From assembly GCA_002104905.1 (NCBI GenBank), contig MCFE01000169.1, forward strand, positions 62,001 through 126,000: a stretch of DNA of 64,000 bases. The letters run 5' to 3'. This DNA comes from Basidiobolus meristosporus CBS 931.73 (lineage: Eukaryota; Fungi; Basidiobolomycota). Shown in pieces: positions 28,620 to 43,500 of this stretch. The notes below the pieces were generated by a model, which was not told the origin of the DNA, made no database searches, and worked only from the letters and a program-made list of their open reading frames with translations. Within the stretch, counting starts at the first letter, position 1. Every line of letters starts with the position of its first letter. Made by a program: the position numbers and the translations under genes.

Positions 28620-31600
28620 GGTCATGATATTCAGCTTTTGTCACCTTAAACCAAGACCCAGATGTTTGCTATTTTAATCTTTACCCAGGTCCTAGATATG
28701 TGCTTTAATAACCTTAACCAAGGTCCTAGTACCACCCATCATTGTCTTGACATAGGTATTGAATCTTGACAATCACTTTACTTTATCCTTTTTTTCAATA
28801 TTCAGTACCTTCAACCAATTTGCTGATCCCAACTTTTATCACATGACCCAGGTCCTAGATCTCAACTTTGAATACCTTAACCTGGTTCTAGATCTTAGCT
28901 TTCATCACCATCTCCCAGGTCCTAGATCTCAGCTTTCATCACCAATACTGAGATTCTAGTTCTTAACTTCCATCACCAATACCCTGGTCCTAGCTCTCAA
29001 CATTGATCACCTTAGCCCAGATCCTAAATGTTAACATTCATCACCTTAGCCCAGGTCCTAGATCTCATTTTCCATCACCTTAGCCCTGGTTCTCAATCTA
29101 AACTTTCATCACCTTAGCCCAGGACCTAAACTTCAACATTCATCACCTTGGCCCAGGTCCTAGATCTCAACATTCATCACCATGACCCAGGTCCTATATA
29201 TCATTTTCCATGACCGTAGCCCATTCATCACCTTAGCCCAGGTCCTCAATCTCAACTTTCATCACCTTGGCCCAGGTCCTAGATCTCAACTTTCATCACC
29301 TTGGCCCAGGTCCTAGATCTCAACATTCATCACCATGACCTGGGTCCTGGATCTCAACTTTGATTACCTTGGCCCAGGTCCTCAATCTCAACTTTCATTA
29401 CCTTAGCCCAGGTCCTAGATCTCAACTTCCATCACCTTGACCCAGGTCCCCAATCTCAACTTTCATCACCTTAGCCCAGGTCCTAGATCTTAACTTTCAT
29501 CACCTTAGTCCAGGTCCTAGATCTCAACTTTCATCACCTTGGCCCAGGACCTAAACTTCAACATTCATCACCATGACCCAGGTTCTAGATCTTAACTTTC
29601 ATCACCTTAGTCCAGGTCCTAGATCTCAACATTCATCACCTTAGCCCAGGTCCTCAATCTCAACTTTCATCACCTTGGCCCAGGTCCTAGATCTCAACAT
29701 TTATCACCATGACCTGGGTCCTAGATCTCAGCTTTGATTACCTTGGCCCAGGTCCTCAATCACAACTTTCACCATGTTAGCCCAGGTGCTAGATCTCAAC
29801 TTTCATCAACTTGGCCTAGGTCCTTAATCTCAACTTTCATCACCTTAGCCCAGGTCCTAGATCTCAACATTCATCACCATGACCCGGGTCCTAGATCTCA
29901 ACTTTCATCACATTGGCCCAGGACCTAAACTTCAACATTCATCACCATGACCCAGGTCCTAGATCTTAACTTTCATCACCTTAGTCCAGGTCCTAGATCT
30001 CAACATTCATCACCTTAGCCCAGGTCCTCAATCTCAACTTTCATCACCTTGGCCCAGGTCCTAGATCTCAACATTCATCACCATGACCCGGGTCCTGGAT
30101 CTCAACTTTGATTACCTTGGCCCAGGTCCTCAATCTCAACTTCCATCACCTTGACCCAGGACCTAAACTTCAACATTCATCACCATGACCCAGGTCCTAG
30201 ATCTTAACTTTCATCACCTTAGTCCAGGTCCTAGATCTCAACATTCATCACCTTAGCCCAGGACCTAGATCTCAACTTTCATCACCTTGGCCCAGGTCCT
30301 AGATCTCAACATTGATCACCATGACCCGGGTCCTAGATCTCAACTTTGATTACCTTGGCCCAGGTCCTCAATCTCAACTTCCATCACCTTGACCCAGGTC
30401 CTCAATCTCAACTTTCATCACCTTAGCCCAGGTCCTAGATCTTAACTTTCATCACCTTAGTCCAGGTCCTAGATCTCAACATTCATCACCTTAGCCCAGG
30501 TCCTCAATCTCAACTTTCATCACATTGGCCCAGGACCTAAGCTTCAACATTCATCACCATGACCCAGGTCCTAGATCTTAACTTTCATCACCTTAGTCCA
30601 GGTCCTAGATCTCAACATTCATCACCTTAGCCCAGGTCCTCAATCTCAACTTTCATCACCTTGGCCCAGGTCCTAGATCTCAACTTTCATCACCTTGGCC
30701 CAGGTCCTAGATCTCAACATTCATCACCATGACCTGGGTCCTGGATCTCAACTTTGATTACCTTGGCCCAGGTCCTCAATCTCAACTTTCATCACCTTAG
30801 CCCAGGTCCTAGATCTTAACTTTCATCACCTTAGTCCAGGTCCTAGATCTCAACATTCATCACCTTAGCCCAGGTCCTCAATCTCAACTTTCATCACCTT
30901 GGCCCAGGACCTAAACTTCAACATTCATCACCATGACCCAGGTCCTAGATCTTAACTTTCATCACCTTAGTCCAGGTCCTAGATCTCCACATTCATCACC
31001 TTAGCCCAGGTCCTCAATCTCAACTTTCATCACCTTGGCCCAGGTCCTAGATCTCAACTTTCATCACCTTGGCCCAGGTCCTAGATCTCAACATTCATCA
31101 CCATGACCCGGGTCCTGGATCTCAACTTTGATTACCTTGGCCCAGGTCCTCAATCTCAACTTCCATCACCTTGACCCAGGTCCTCAATCTCAACTTTCAT
31201 CACCTTAGCCCAGGTCCTAGATCTTAACTTTCATCACCTTAGTCCAGGTCCTATATCTCCACTTTCATCACCTTGGCCCAGGACCTAAACTTCAACATTC
31301 ATCACCATGACCCAGGTCCTAGATCTTAACTTTCATCACCTTAGTCCAGGTCCTAGATCTCAACATTCATCACCTTAGCCCAGGTCCTCAATCTCAACTT
31401 TCATCACATTGGCCCAGGACCTAAACTTCAACATTCATCACCATGACCCAGGTCCTAGATCTTAACTTTCATCACCTTAGTCCAGGTCCTAGATCTCAAC
31501 ATTCATCACCTTAGCCCAGGTCCTCAATCTCAACTTTCATCACCTTAGCCCGGGTTCTAGATCTCAACTTTCATTACTATTACCCAGGTCCTAGATCTCA

Positions 31601-34600
31601 TTTTCCATCACCTTAGCCCAGGTTCTCAATCTAAACTTTCATCACCTTAGCCCAGGACCTGAACTTCAACATTCATCACCTTGGCCCAGGTCCTGGATCT
31701 CAACATTCATCACCATGACCCAGGTCCTAGATCTCATTTTTCATGACCTTAGCCCAGGTCCTGGATCTCAACTTCATTACCTTGGCCCAGGTCCTCAATC
31801 TCAACTTTCATCACCATGACCCAGGTCCTAGATCTCAACTTTCATCAACTTGGCCCGGTCCTGGATCTCATTTTCCATCACCTTAGCCCAGGTCCTAGAT
31901 CTGACCCAGGTCCTAGATCTCATTTTCCATCACCTTAGCCCAGGTTGCAGATCTCAACTTCCATCACCTTGGCCCAGGTCCTCAGTCTCAACTTTCATCA
32001 CCATGACCCGGGTCCTAGATCTCAATTTCCATCACCTTAGCTCAGGTCCTAGATCTCAACTTTCATCACCTTGGCCCAGGTCCTAGATCTCATTTTCCAT
32101 CACCTTAGCCCATGTCCTAGATCTCAACTTTCATCACCTTAGCCCAGGTCCTAGATCTCAACTTCCATCAACTTGGCCAAGGTCCTCATTCTCAACTTTC
32201 ATCACCTTGGCCTAGGTCCTAGATCTCATTTTCCATCACCTTAGCCCAGGTCCTAGATCTCAACATTCATCACCTTAACCCAGGTCCTGGATCTCAACTT
32301 TGATTACCTTGGTCCAGGTCCTCAATCTCAACTTTCCTCACCTTAGCACAGGACCTAAACTTCAACATTCATCACCATGACTCAGGTCCTAGATCTCAAC
32401 TTTGATTACCTTGGCCCAGGTCCTGGATCTCATTTTCCATCACCTTAGCCCAGGTCCTAGATCTGACCCAGGTCCTAGATCTCATTTTCCATCACCTTAG
32501 CCCAGGTTGCAGATCTCAACTTCCATCACCTTGGCCCAGGTCCTCAGTCTCAACTTTCATCACCATGACCCGGGTCCTAGATCTCAATTTCCATCACCTT
32601 AGCTCAGGTCCTAGATCTCAACTTTCATCACCTTGGCCCAGGTCCTAGATCTCATTTTCCATCACCTTAGCCCATGTCCTAGATCTCAACTTTCATCACC
32701 TTAGCCCAGGTCCTAGATCTCAACTTCCATCAACTTGGCCAAGGTCCTCATTCTCAACTTTCATCACCTTGGCCTAGGTCCTAGATCTCATTTTCCATCA
32801 CCTTAGCCCAGGTCCTAGATCTCAACATTCATCACCTTAACCCAGGTCCTGGATCTCAACTTTGATTACCTTGGTCCAGGTCCTCAATCTCAACTTTCCT
32901 CACCTTAGCACAGGACCTAAACTTCAACATTCATCACCATGACTCAGGTCCTAGATCTCAACTTTGATTACCTTGGCCCAGGTCCTGGATCTCATTTTCC
33001 ATCACCTTAGCCCAGGTCCTCAATCTCAACTTTCATCACCTTAGCCCAGGTCCTAGACCTCAACTTTGATCACCTTGGCCCAGGTCCTAGATCTCATTTT
33101 CCATCACGTTAGCCAGGTCCTAGATCTCAATTTTCATCACTCTTACCCAGGTCACAGTTCTCAACCTTCATCACTATTATCCAGGTCCTAGATCTCAATT
33201 TTCAACTTTCAACACCTTGGCCCAGGTCCTGGATCTCATTTTCCATCACCTTAGCCCAGGTCCTCAATCTCAACTTTCATCACCTTAGCCCAGGTCCTAG
33301 ATCTCAACATTCATCACCATGACCCAGGTCCTAGATCTCATATTCCGTGACCTTGGCCCAGGTCCTAGATCTCAATTTCCATCACGTTGACCCAGGTCCT
33401 CAATCTCAACTTTCATCACCTTAGCCTGGGTCCTAGATCTCAACTTTCATCACCTTGGCCCAGGTCCTAGATCTCATTTTCCATCACCTTAGCCCAGGTT
33501 CTCAATCTAAACTTTCATCACCTCAGCCCAGGACCTAAACTTCAACATTCATCACCTTGGCCCAGGTCCTCAATTTCAACATTCATCACCATGACCCAGG
33601 TCCTAGATCTCATTTTCCATGACCTTAGCCCAGGTCCTAGATCTCAACTTCCATTACCTTGCCCCAGGTCCTCAATCTCAACTTTCATCACCATGACCCA
33701 GGTCCTAGATCTCAACTTTCATCACCTTGGCCCAGGTCCTGGATCTCATTTTCCATCACCTTAGCCCAGGTCCTAGATCTGACCCAGGTCCTAGATCTCA
33801 TTTTCCCTCACCTTAGCCCAGGTCGCAGATCTCAACTTCCATCACCTTGGCCAAGGTCCTCAGTCTCAACTTTCATCACTATGACCCGGGTCCTAGATCT
33901 TAACTTTCATCACCTTAGTCCAGGTCCTATATCTCAACTTTCATCACCTTGGCCCAGGACTCAAACTTCAACATTCATCACCATGACCCAGGTCCTAGAT
34001 CTTAACTTTCATCACCTTAGTCCAGGTCCTTGATCTCAACATTCATCACCTTAGCCCAGGACCTAGATCTCAACTTTCATCACCTTGGCCCAGGTCCTAG
34101 ATCTCAACATTCATCACCATGACCCGGGTCCTAGATCTCAACTTTGATTACCTTGGCCCAGGTCCTCAATCTCAACTTTCATCACCTTAGCCCAGGTCCT
34201 GGATCTCAACTTCCATCAACTTGGCCTAGGTCCTCAATCTCAACTTTCATCACCTTAGTCCAGGTCCTAGATCTAAACATTCATCACCTTAGCCCAGGTC
34301 CTCAATCTCAACTTTCATCACCTTAGTCCAGGTCCTAGATCTAAACATTCATCACCTTAGCCCAGGTCCTCAATCTCACCTTTCATCACCTTGGCCCAGG
34401 TCCTAGATCTCAACATTCATCACCATGACCCGGGTCCTAGATCTCAACTTTGATTACCTTGGCCCAGGTCCTCAATCTCAACTTTCATCACCTTAGCCCA
34501 GGTCCTGGATCTCAACTTCCATCAACTTGGCCTAGGTCCTCAATCTCAACTTTCATCACCTTAGTCCAGGTCCTAGATCTAAACATTCATCACCTTAGCC

Positions 34601-37260
34601 CAGGTCCTCAATCTCAACTTTCATCACTTTGGCGCAGGACCTAAACTTTAACATTCATCACCTTGGCCCAGGTCCTAGAACTCAACTTTGATTACCTTGG
34701 TCCAGGTCCTCAATCTCAACTTTCATTACCTTAGCCCAGGACCTAAACTTCAACATTCATCACCATGACCCAGGTCCTAGATCTCAACTTTGATTACCTT
34801 GGTCCAGGCCCTAGATCTCAACTTTCATCACCTTGGGCCAGGTCCTAGATCTCAACTTTCATCACCTTGTTCCAGGTCCTCAATCTCATTTTCCATCACG
34901 TTAGCCAGGTCCTATATCTCAATTTTCATCACTCTTACCCAGGTCATAGATCTCAACCTTCATCACTATTATCCAGGTCCTAGACCTCAATTTTCAACTT
35001 TCAACTCCTTGGCCCAGGTTCTAGATCTCAACTTTCATCACCTTGGCCCAGGTCCCAGATCTCATTTTCCATCACCTTAGCCAGGTCCTGGATCTCAATT
35101 TTCATCACTCTTACCCAGGTTATAGATCTCAACCTTCATCACTATTATTCAGGTCCTAGATCTCAATTTTCATCACTCTTACCCAGGTCCTAGATCTCAA
35201 CTTCCACAACCATTACCCATGTCCTAAATCTCTACTTTCATCACCTTAGCCCAGATCCTAGATCTCAACTATGATCTCTATTACCCAGGTCCTAGATCTC
35301 AACTTTCTTCACCATTACCTAGGTCATAGATCCCAACTTTCATCACCTTAGGCCAGGTCCTAGATCTCAACTATCATTGCTATTACCCATGTCCTAGATA
35401 TCAGCTTTTATCACCTAGGCTCAGGTCCTAGATCTCAACTTTCATCACTATTACCCAGGTCCTAGATCTCAACTTTCATTATTATTACCCAGGTCCTATA
35501 TCTCAACTTTCATCACTCTAACCCAGGTAATAGATCTCAACTTTCATCACAATCACCTAGGTCCTAGATCCCAATTTTCTTCATTCTTACCCAGGTCTTA
35601 GATTTCAACTTTCATAACCATTACCCAGGTCATAGATCTCAGCTTTCATCACTATTACCCTGTTCCAAGATCTCAACTTTCATCACCATTGTGCAGGTCA
35701 AAGATCTCAACTTTTATCTCCTTAGCCCAGGTCTTAGATCTTAATTTTTATCACCTTAATCCAGGTCCAAGATCTCAACTTTCATCACCTTAGCCCATGA
35801 TCTAGATCTCAACTATCATCACTATTACCCAGTTCCAAGATCTCAACTTTCATCACCATTGCCCAGGTCAAAGATCTCAACTTTCATCACCTTAGTCCAG
35901 GACTTAGATCTTTATTTTTATCACCTTAAGCCAGGTCCAAGATCTCAACATTCATCACCTTAGCCCAGGTCCTGGATCTCAATGTTCTTCTCCTTTGTCC
36001 AGGTTCTAGATCTCAACTTTCATCACCATTACCTGGGTCCTAGATCTCAACTTTCATCACCCTTACCCATCTCCTAAATCCCAACTTTAGCAACTATTAT
36101 CCAGGTCTTAGATCTCAAATATCATCACCATTATCTAGGTCCTAGATCTCAACTTCCTTCACCATTACCCAGGTCCTAGATCTCAACTCTCATTACTATT
36201 ACCCAGGTCCTAGATCCCAACTTTAATACTCATGTGCCAGGCCTTAGATCTCAACTAGCATCACAATAACCCAAGACCTAGATCTGTACCACCATGACCC
36301 AGGTCCTAGATCTCATCTTTCATCACTATTATCCAGGTCCTAGATCTCAACTTTCATCACCTTAACCTGGTCCTTGATATCAACCATCATCACCATATAT
36401 GCAAGCCCTCGGCATTGACTTTCATCACCATAACTTAGGTCATAGATTTCAGCATTAATCACCATAATCCAGGTCCTATATCTCAGCTTTCATAACCTTA
36501 ACCTGATCCTAGATCTCCACTGTCATTACTGTATACAAAAGCCCTAGGCATCAACTCTCATCACCATAACTTAGGTCATAGATCTCAACATTAATCACCA
36601 TAATCCAGGTCCTAGATCTCAACATTCATAGCCTTGATTCAGGCCCTAGAACTCAACTTTCATCACCCTTATGCAGGCCCCACATCTCTACTTACTTCAC
36701 CTTAACAACATCCTAGATCTAATTTGCTTCATCTTGACTGCAGTCCTAGATCTCTACTTTCTTCACCTTGACTTCAGTCCTAGATCTCTACTTTCTTCAC
36801 CTTGACCACCATCCTGGATCTCAGATCTTATCACCTTGATCCAGGTCCTAGACTTTGACTATCATCACCATCCCCTTAGCCCAAGTCCTAGATCTCAGCT
36901 TACATCACAATTCCCCAGGTCCTAATTCTCTACTTTCTTCACCTTTACCCACATCCTGGTTCTCAACTCCCATCACCATGATCCAGGTTCTATATCTCAG
37001 CTTTCATCATCATTGCCCAGGTCCTAGATCTCTGCTTTCTTCACATTGGCCCACATCCTGGATCTTATCTCTCAACACCTTGACCCAGGTCCTAGATCTC
37101 AACTTTCACTGCCATTACCCAGATGCTAGATCTCTGTTTTGCACCTTGACCCACATCCTGGATCTCAACCTTCATCACCTTGACCCTGGATCTATATCTT
37201 AACAATCAACACCTTGACTCAAATCTTAGATGTCAGCTTTGTGATCCTGACCTAGGCTCT
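28620..37260 (-). repeat. 34-bp satellite array, reverse orientation; plus-strand consensus CCCAGGTCCTAGATCTCAACTTTCATCACCTTGG
   Basis: Reverse complement GGACCTGGGCCAAGGTGATGAAAGTTGAGATCTA matches the forward monomer at about 30 of 34 positions. Homogeneous from about 29030 to 35100. Confidence 0.95.
31845..33020. repeat. Near-perfect 562-bp tandem duplication within the reverse array (16 monomers plus one 18-bp truncated monomer)
   Basis: Diagnostic ATCTGACCCAGG at 31899 and 32461 (offset 562), with rare variants (CAGGTTGCAG, CTCAGTCTC) repeated at the same offset. Partial third copy near 33730-33900. A 306-bp (9x34) duplication also occurs at 34144/34450. Confidence 0.85.
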
Positions 37261-37399
37261 GGATGTGAGCTTTTATACAAGAATTCAAGTATGCTAAAGC
37301 ACCCAAGATCAAATACATGCCAGTACTCTGGAGATTTCATGGAGCAAGTAGAAGATTTACCATTATATCAAATAAGTCTTTTGTAAGCTAGGATGTAAG

Positions 37400-38060
37400 T
37401 CAATAGTGAACCAAAGCTGGCTCTAGGCCATGCATGTTGTAATTATCAAGTTCAAGACTAGATATTCATGCTTACTTATTTACATAGGTCTTAGGCAGTG
37501 ATTATTGCTGAAATGGTGCTAGGCTTCTCACCCATAGCTGCATGTTAGGATGCTTTCCCATGTATAGCTCATCAATTGTTATGATATTTCCTTCATAGTC
37601 ATGTAATGCCAGGAGTCTTACATGGTGGTTTTTGTACCTGGCCAGAAAAAAGTCTCTTTGGCTTCTTTTGGGCCTTCTAATCCTGACTGGAACAGCATCC
37701 AAGATATTTCTAATACCAATCTTGTCAGGGAATACTCCTTGGAATGGCAAAGTGCTGCTGGTCCAATATTTTGCTTACTAAGCCTGCTCCATGTCATTCA
37801 TTCTGGAAGCTAAACAATCCTCACCAGTTTGAATCTGAGTGTATAGATGTTAATATTTGGTAGTGCCATAAATGACTGGCTGGAATCAAGAATGTCCCAC
37901 AAGTACTTTCCAGATGCTGTTAAGTGTGAAAACTTCTGTTGTAACCTTTGAGATATTAATTTTGGCAGCAGAATGTTTATGCATAGGTTAGAACAATCCA
38001 ATCATGTCTTAACAAGTGCCAAAGGACTTTCCCACCACTTAAATCCTTACAATGGCACAT
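37400..38060 (-). mobile_element. PIF/Harbinger-ISL2EU-like (DDE_Tnp_4 type) transposase pseudogene
   Basis: Minus-strand LDAVPVRIRRPKRSQRDFFLARYKNHHVRLLALHDYEGNIITIDELYMG resembles the IDGT.I.I.RP....Q..YYS.K..H..K....D..G.I core. Upstream frameshifted LWHLLRHDW..YA.TF/ISKVTTEVF resembles the HTH. Stops and frameshifts present. Confidence 0.6.
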
Positions 38061-40199
38061 AATGCAGATATGTGGGCATTAATACTACAGGTGGCTTTAA
38101 GCAAGGAAAACAAGACTAAAACCTGTTTGAGCCATATTATAACAATACTTGGGCATGGACAATGGTGCAGTCAGTTATATGCAAGAGGCTCTACCATAAA
38201 ACAACTACTGTGAAAAGAAGCAATCTTCTTAAAGCAGCAATGAGTCTAAAAAGGCAAAAGAACAGCCCCAACCCATTTTACTAGAAGCATATTCTGTTAT
38301 AAACCAATTGCCTGTTTATTTTGCCCATCATACCATGGATACTCCACATATAGTTTGAATAAAATAATACTATTGGGTTTTCTCAATTTGCCTTTATATA
38401 TGCACATACCTGCTGCAATTGGCACACTTCTGTTACCTCTAGTTGCCAGTATTTCCACTTGATGCCTGCATAGTAGCCATATTCATTATATGCTTGGTAG
38501 CAGATGTACTTGGCTAACATATGCAATATGTTGGCCACCTTTGCCATTATCAGCTATTTGATATCCACAAAGTACCAGTTGATTTTCAGCCATTTCTTTC
38601 CTTCTGCTTGCTGGACATTAGTCCCCCACCTGTTTGTTATTCCTCTTTCCTTCTGGTGGATATCATACCAAGAGGTGTAGTGTTAACCTGTTGTACATGC
38701 TTTTGGCAGACTTGTCTTTGTTGTCCTATTTCCATATTTATCTCCATGTGTGCACCTGTGTTCATTTTCTTTCATTACTTCTTCAGCATACTCTACATGA
38801 CAACTCATCACATCTATTACAGATGTTGATGTTATATTCTTGATCAGGCTTGTATATGAAATTGCTTGCAATTTAGCCCTTCTTTCCATCTCCTCACACA
38901 TCCACTCCATTGGAAACTTGCAGAATGTAAATCATGGCCCTATAGTCTTCACACTATTTGCCAGGCAAAAGAGAGAGTGGATACTATAGTTGCGAAAGTA
39001 TGCATATTATGGCCTGTGCCTGTAAAAGACCTGGTTGTATCTTACTACAAAGTCCTCATATAGTAGCTGTAGATGCATCAAGGTGGCATTGGTGCACTGC
39101 TTTACAAGGAATACTCTATTAGAAGTCTGAGTAACAATCCTACCAAAGGGCCATTGCCAAATTAATATTACATAAGTGAGGGGTCATATATCTACAAGGA
39201 TCCCATATATAATCTGCTAGAAAAGAATTGCACCCTAATTATGGTGAACACTAAGTCATATTCTGACTATCTATTACCCTTCATATCTTCATTGATTGGT
39301 TATTATTCTTGTCTCTTACTTCCTGATTTTGCACTCTCAGTATTCTGCTACTATTACTGCTTGTTCATTGGCCATCTTATATTGGTCATGCTCCTGCTTC
39401 TTGAGCTCTTATTACTCCCTCAATATTCCTGTATGCTCATAGCTTACTTTATCACAATCCTCAGTTGTTTCTCAATACTTTTATGTATGGACTAGTACAT
39501 AAGTCCAATAGCTCTATCATCCCCTTCCCCAATTTTACACTGTATCAGTTGTCCCATTAAAACCCACCATTCAAGTAGTGTTCATTGCAAGCATCTATCC
39601 TCCAATTGTTTGGTTGTCTCCAAACAGTCTTGTGCCAGCTATTATTCACGCATTCCCATACATTCTGGTGCATTGAGGATTCCTTTATTTAGCAATGCTT
39701 TAGCTAGTTCCTCCATTAACTCTCCACCATAATTGTAGGCACCTATGCTCTCATCTCCATTAAAGGTCTTCTGGAGTGATATGGCATGCATTATTGACCT
39801 ACAAAAATCTACCAAGATCATTTATATCAATTTGCATATTTAGTGGTGCTGCTTTGTAAGTGGGTGAGATCTCTACACAACTGCCTGTAGTAGGCTTGTT
39901 CTGAATCTCCACAGGTTCCTCAGCATCTTCAGGCAATTGCTTGAAGGGCCATGTTGCTGCACCTGCTGTAATACCCTTGATCTTCTTGGTGTTTCTTCTT
40001 GTCTCTCTAGAGATTTGGAGCTTTGTTGCATCAGAGTATTGGCTACTACAAAATATTGTGTTTCTTAGGCATTTCTCTGATTTCCTCTTAGAGGGACTTC
40101 CCTTACTTTCTCTTTGCCTTTCCTTCTACTATTATCACCATTGCTGCTATCACTTGGTTTTCTGCCTCCAATAGCATTTAATATTCTTCAGATATTTTT

Positions 40200-40560
40200 A
40201 GAATAGTTCAATACCAGCCCAGGACCCATTTGCATGCTTGAATCCAGGATACTGTGAATGAAACTCATTAAGTGCCATATGCTTCTCTTTGGGGGCATAT
40301 GGACCCAATCTATGCCATTCCTTGGACAACTTTGTGTCATTTTCTTATGGTCTCCTGCTCAATGCTATTATATATGTGACAATGTATAGAAATTATTCTA
40401 CAAATGATATTTGCTCATCTTGTCTCTCTCTTGCTTCCTGATGACTTTTGACCACTGCATCTAAGCAATCAACACTCTATTCATTGTCACCATCATTGTG
40501 CTGTTGTGTCCTGCCAGCATAGTCTCAATTAAATGTGATGATACAGATGGGGTTACCTGA
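40200..40560 (-). other. Decayed ORF relic of an unassigned repeated element; a related copy lies at about 1060-1190
   Basis: CCAGCCCAGGACC..TTGCATGC..GAATCCAGGATA..TGAATGAA is shared between about 1064 and 40214. Minus frame reads ..LSKEWHRLGPYAPKEKHMALNEFHSQYPGFKHANGSWAGIELF*KYLK.. with scattered stops. Confidence 0.4.
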
Positions 40561-43500
40561 TGGACATTGGTTGGATATGGTGCAGTTCCTACATCTTCTT
40601 CTGCCTTCACTCATGACTTTGGCAGGAATTCTATGGATTTATGCCATGGTTTTGTTACTGGTTCCCATAGGTCCTGATCTGCTACAATTGCAAGATCTAG
40701 CACCTCATCTGGCAGTCTTTGCAATAAGTCCTTACAACATTTAGGTCATTTAGCAAATACTGCCAATGAAGAGGTGCTGCAAAATTTTGGTATGCATATT
40801 TATATTGCAAGATTCTGCTGCAAGCATTATCATAGTTTACTGATTTCTTGATGTTGTTGTTTTGCCCATCAGAGGGATCTCTGCTTTGTAAACAGTGCAG
40901 GATGTAGAAGCTGCAGTGTACAAATTGCCTTTTCCTACAAACTTGCCTACTTCAATGGAGTCTGGCTCAGAGGGCCACACCTTCACCTTTTTTGTGAATA
41001 GCTGTTGTCTTGTCCACATTTCTTCTTGGCAATTATGAGATTTAGTCTCAGAATGAAAATAAATGGTTGTGTGGGTTGAACTGATCTATATCAGCCATCA
41101 GAATCCTACAATGAAAACGTTACTTGGACAGAACATTGTAAATGTTGACTCAAGTCACAACCTTATGGTGGAATTGGGACTGTGTTCTGCTGTAATTGTG
41201 CAAAACAGAGTAACCAGCTGGACAGCACTTGAACAATCTTTTTGCATGGCTTGTATGGCATTCAGATTGTATTAAAGTAGTCTTTGATTGTATAAGCAGA
41301 TGTTACAAGCCAGAAGAGTATCTGCTATTCAAAATACTTCTCACAAACTGCAATAGTTATTAATCAGAATATGCAACAATGCAAATGCAAGAATTGTATG
41401 AGCTGGATATATATTATTCAAGTGGTCTTCTCTAGCAAATTCTTTCCAGTAAACATTGGAGGCATTGAAGTCAAATGTTGACATTATGATAATATGTATG
41501 CAGGAGTGGATCATCTACAGCTTTTATGCAAGGAATTTGTGATGGGAGTTGTGTGGTTATACCGCAAGCATAAATCTGCATGTTTAGACCTCTGCTGCTA
41601 CTGTATCTAGTAGCTATTCTATCTTGCTTGGTGAGCAAAGAACATTATACTTTATATCATGTTTTGGGAGTTTCCCATAGAAGGATATGCAGACATCCCT
41701 TCCAGGGGAAGACTGGGCCTACCAGCACTCATACCAATTTGGTTATTAGCTGCTTATTATTTTACCAAAGATTGCAAACAAAAACTTAAAGCTGCATCAC
41801 CAACTGACTTCCAGCAAAATAATATAAGAATACCAGCTAATTACCAGTTAGAAATTCAATGAACTCTAACTTTTTTATTTCTGCAAGGACAGGAAGCAAT
41901 TAACAAGATTAATGATTTCACACCCACATTTATTAGGATTAAGTTCAGGAACTTTGAAGATAGTTTTTAACCTGTATAATTGATTACTTACAGTTGTTCA
42001 AAACAAAAGGACCATGACTTGGTAACATCTAATGGCACACATGATATTCACATTCCAAGTTGGTACAATATACTGTTCCAGCTTCATTGTGTCAGATTAT
42101 GCCATAGTGCACAAGATTGTCCCACACAGTGCAAAATCATCCATGAGCAATCCTGCTTACTGGTAGCTATATTACTACTCCCAATTGTACTTGGAGACCA
42201 TCAAATGCCCAACACACCATGCCACAGTACAATAGAACAAGTTTAATAGACTTGTTATACTGTGCCAGTACTCATAGTCTCAGGTAGTGCTGTATAATTA
42301 GCTAATAATTTGTATTTCAGAGTCATATGCATGTAAGTTTTGATCCTAATCTTGCACAACACATCATGTTGTGGCACTCTGTGATGCTATGATCAGCTCA
42401 AATGAGTGGAATAAATTATATAGAGACCAATATTTCCTATTAGGTGAGTGCATCCTTAAGTATGCCAAGCACTAAGGAAGATCATGGGCTGTGTTTTTGC
42501 AAGGTGGTCTTGGTCAGCATTTTGATGCTAAGTAATATCTGAGCTTCAATTGCTTTGCCAGAGAAAACTGAATATTGACCTTCTATTGCAGTGACTATTA
42601 ACAATGAATTGTAAAGCACAATAGTAACTGAAGGCCTAGTTGATTGGTTGCAGATCAATAACACTCTGAACTATATTTTCAGATCATACAGAATACCCAT
42701 AATCAAGCTTCCTGTAGATATGCAGCTGAAACACCGGAGTGACTTTGCTACTAAGTGTTTCCATTAAATAGGGCTCAGATCTACTGTGACAGTAGTCCTG
42801 AAATGTCTTGGTGCTGAGAAAACAACAAATAAGAGTGAAGTGTAAATCTCATGGAATTCCTACTCAGAGTACCATTTAGGAGTATTATTACTGGCCCAAT
42901 ACAGCATGAGCAGATTGTTCTCAGCCAATTCAGTATTTTTCATGCCGTGACATTGTGAGACCCTGAAAGAAGCCTATGTTAGACCAGGTAAACACTGAGC
43001 ATATCCTTTGTAAGAAAAGCACCAGCTTGGAGATCCATCCTATGTATTGATTTTTAAGGCAGCCATGTTTCTACTTATACTCTCCCCCTTGATTGAAGGC
43101 AGCATTTCACATGAAATATGTTGTTCTACAGAAAGGTGAAGTGCACCTCCAAGTGACCTACACCATAACAGCTGCAAGAAGAATCTTGCACAGATGGTCC
43201 CTACTTTTCATGCAACATTTCAGCAAAGAATTTGTGTGGAAGTGTTATTAGTGGTATCAGCAGCCAATGCAGATGGGCTTGGCACACTACAACTTGCTTA
43301 AGGAATAATAGAGCATAGAACCCAACATCCAATCCTTCAAAGCCCCATGTTGATTAAGAAGCTTAAATGCCAATACAAATTCATTGACATCAGGGTGTGC
43401 ACCAGCAGAAGACATGCTTTTGAATGGATTTGTGATATTTGATACAAACAACAAATTGGAATCAGAAGTTTGTCTGAGCATGACAAACAATTCAGAATGA

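Noticed and set aside
7700-35100. CRISPR array
   Set aside because: Palindromic repeats of about 34 bp abut each other with no unique spacers, there are no cas genes, and the context is eukaryotic.
3897-37202. Dozens of 60-126 aa ORFs rich in PGPRS, LDLG and TWTQV motifs
   Set aside because: They are read-throughs of the 34-bp satellite, with all three frames cycling through the same motifs. No gene structure.
38390-38620. Possible integrase His2Cys2 relic (..YQAYNEYGYYAGIKWKYWQL..QVCAYIKAN..) on the minus strand
   Set aside because: Needs several assumed His>Tyr reversions and no DDE core was found nearby. An HMM search is required.
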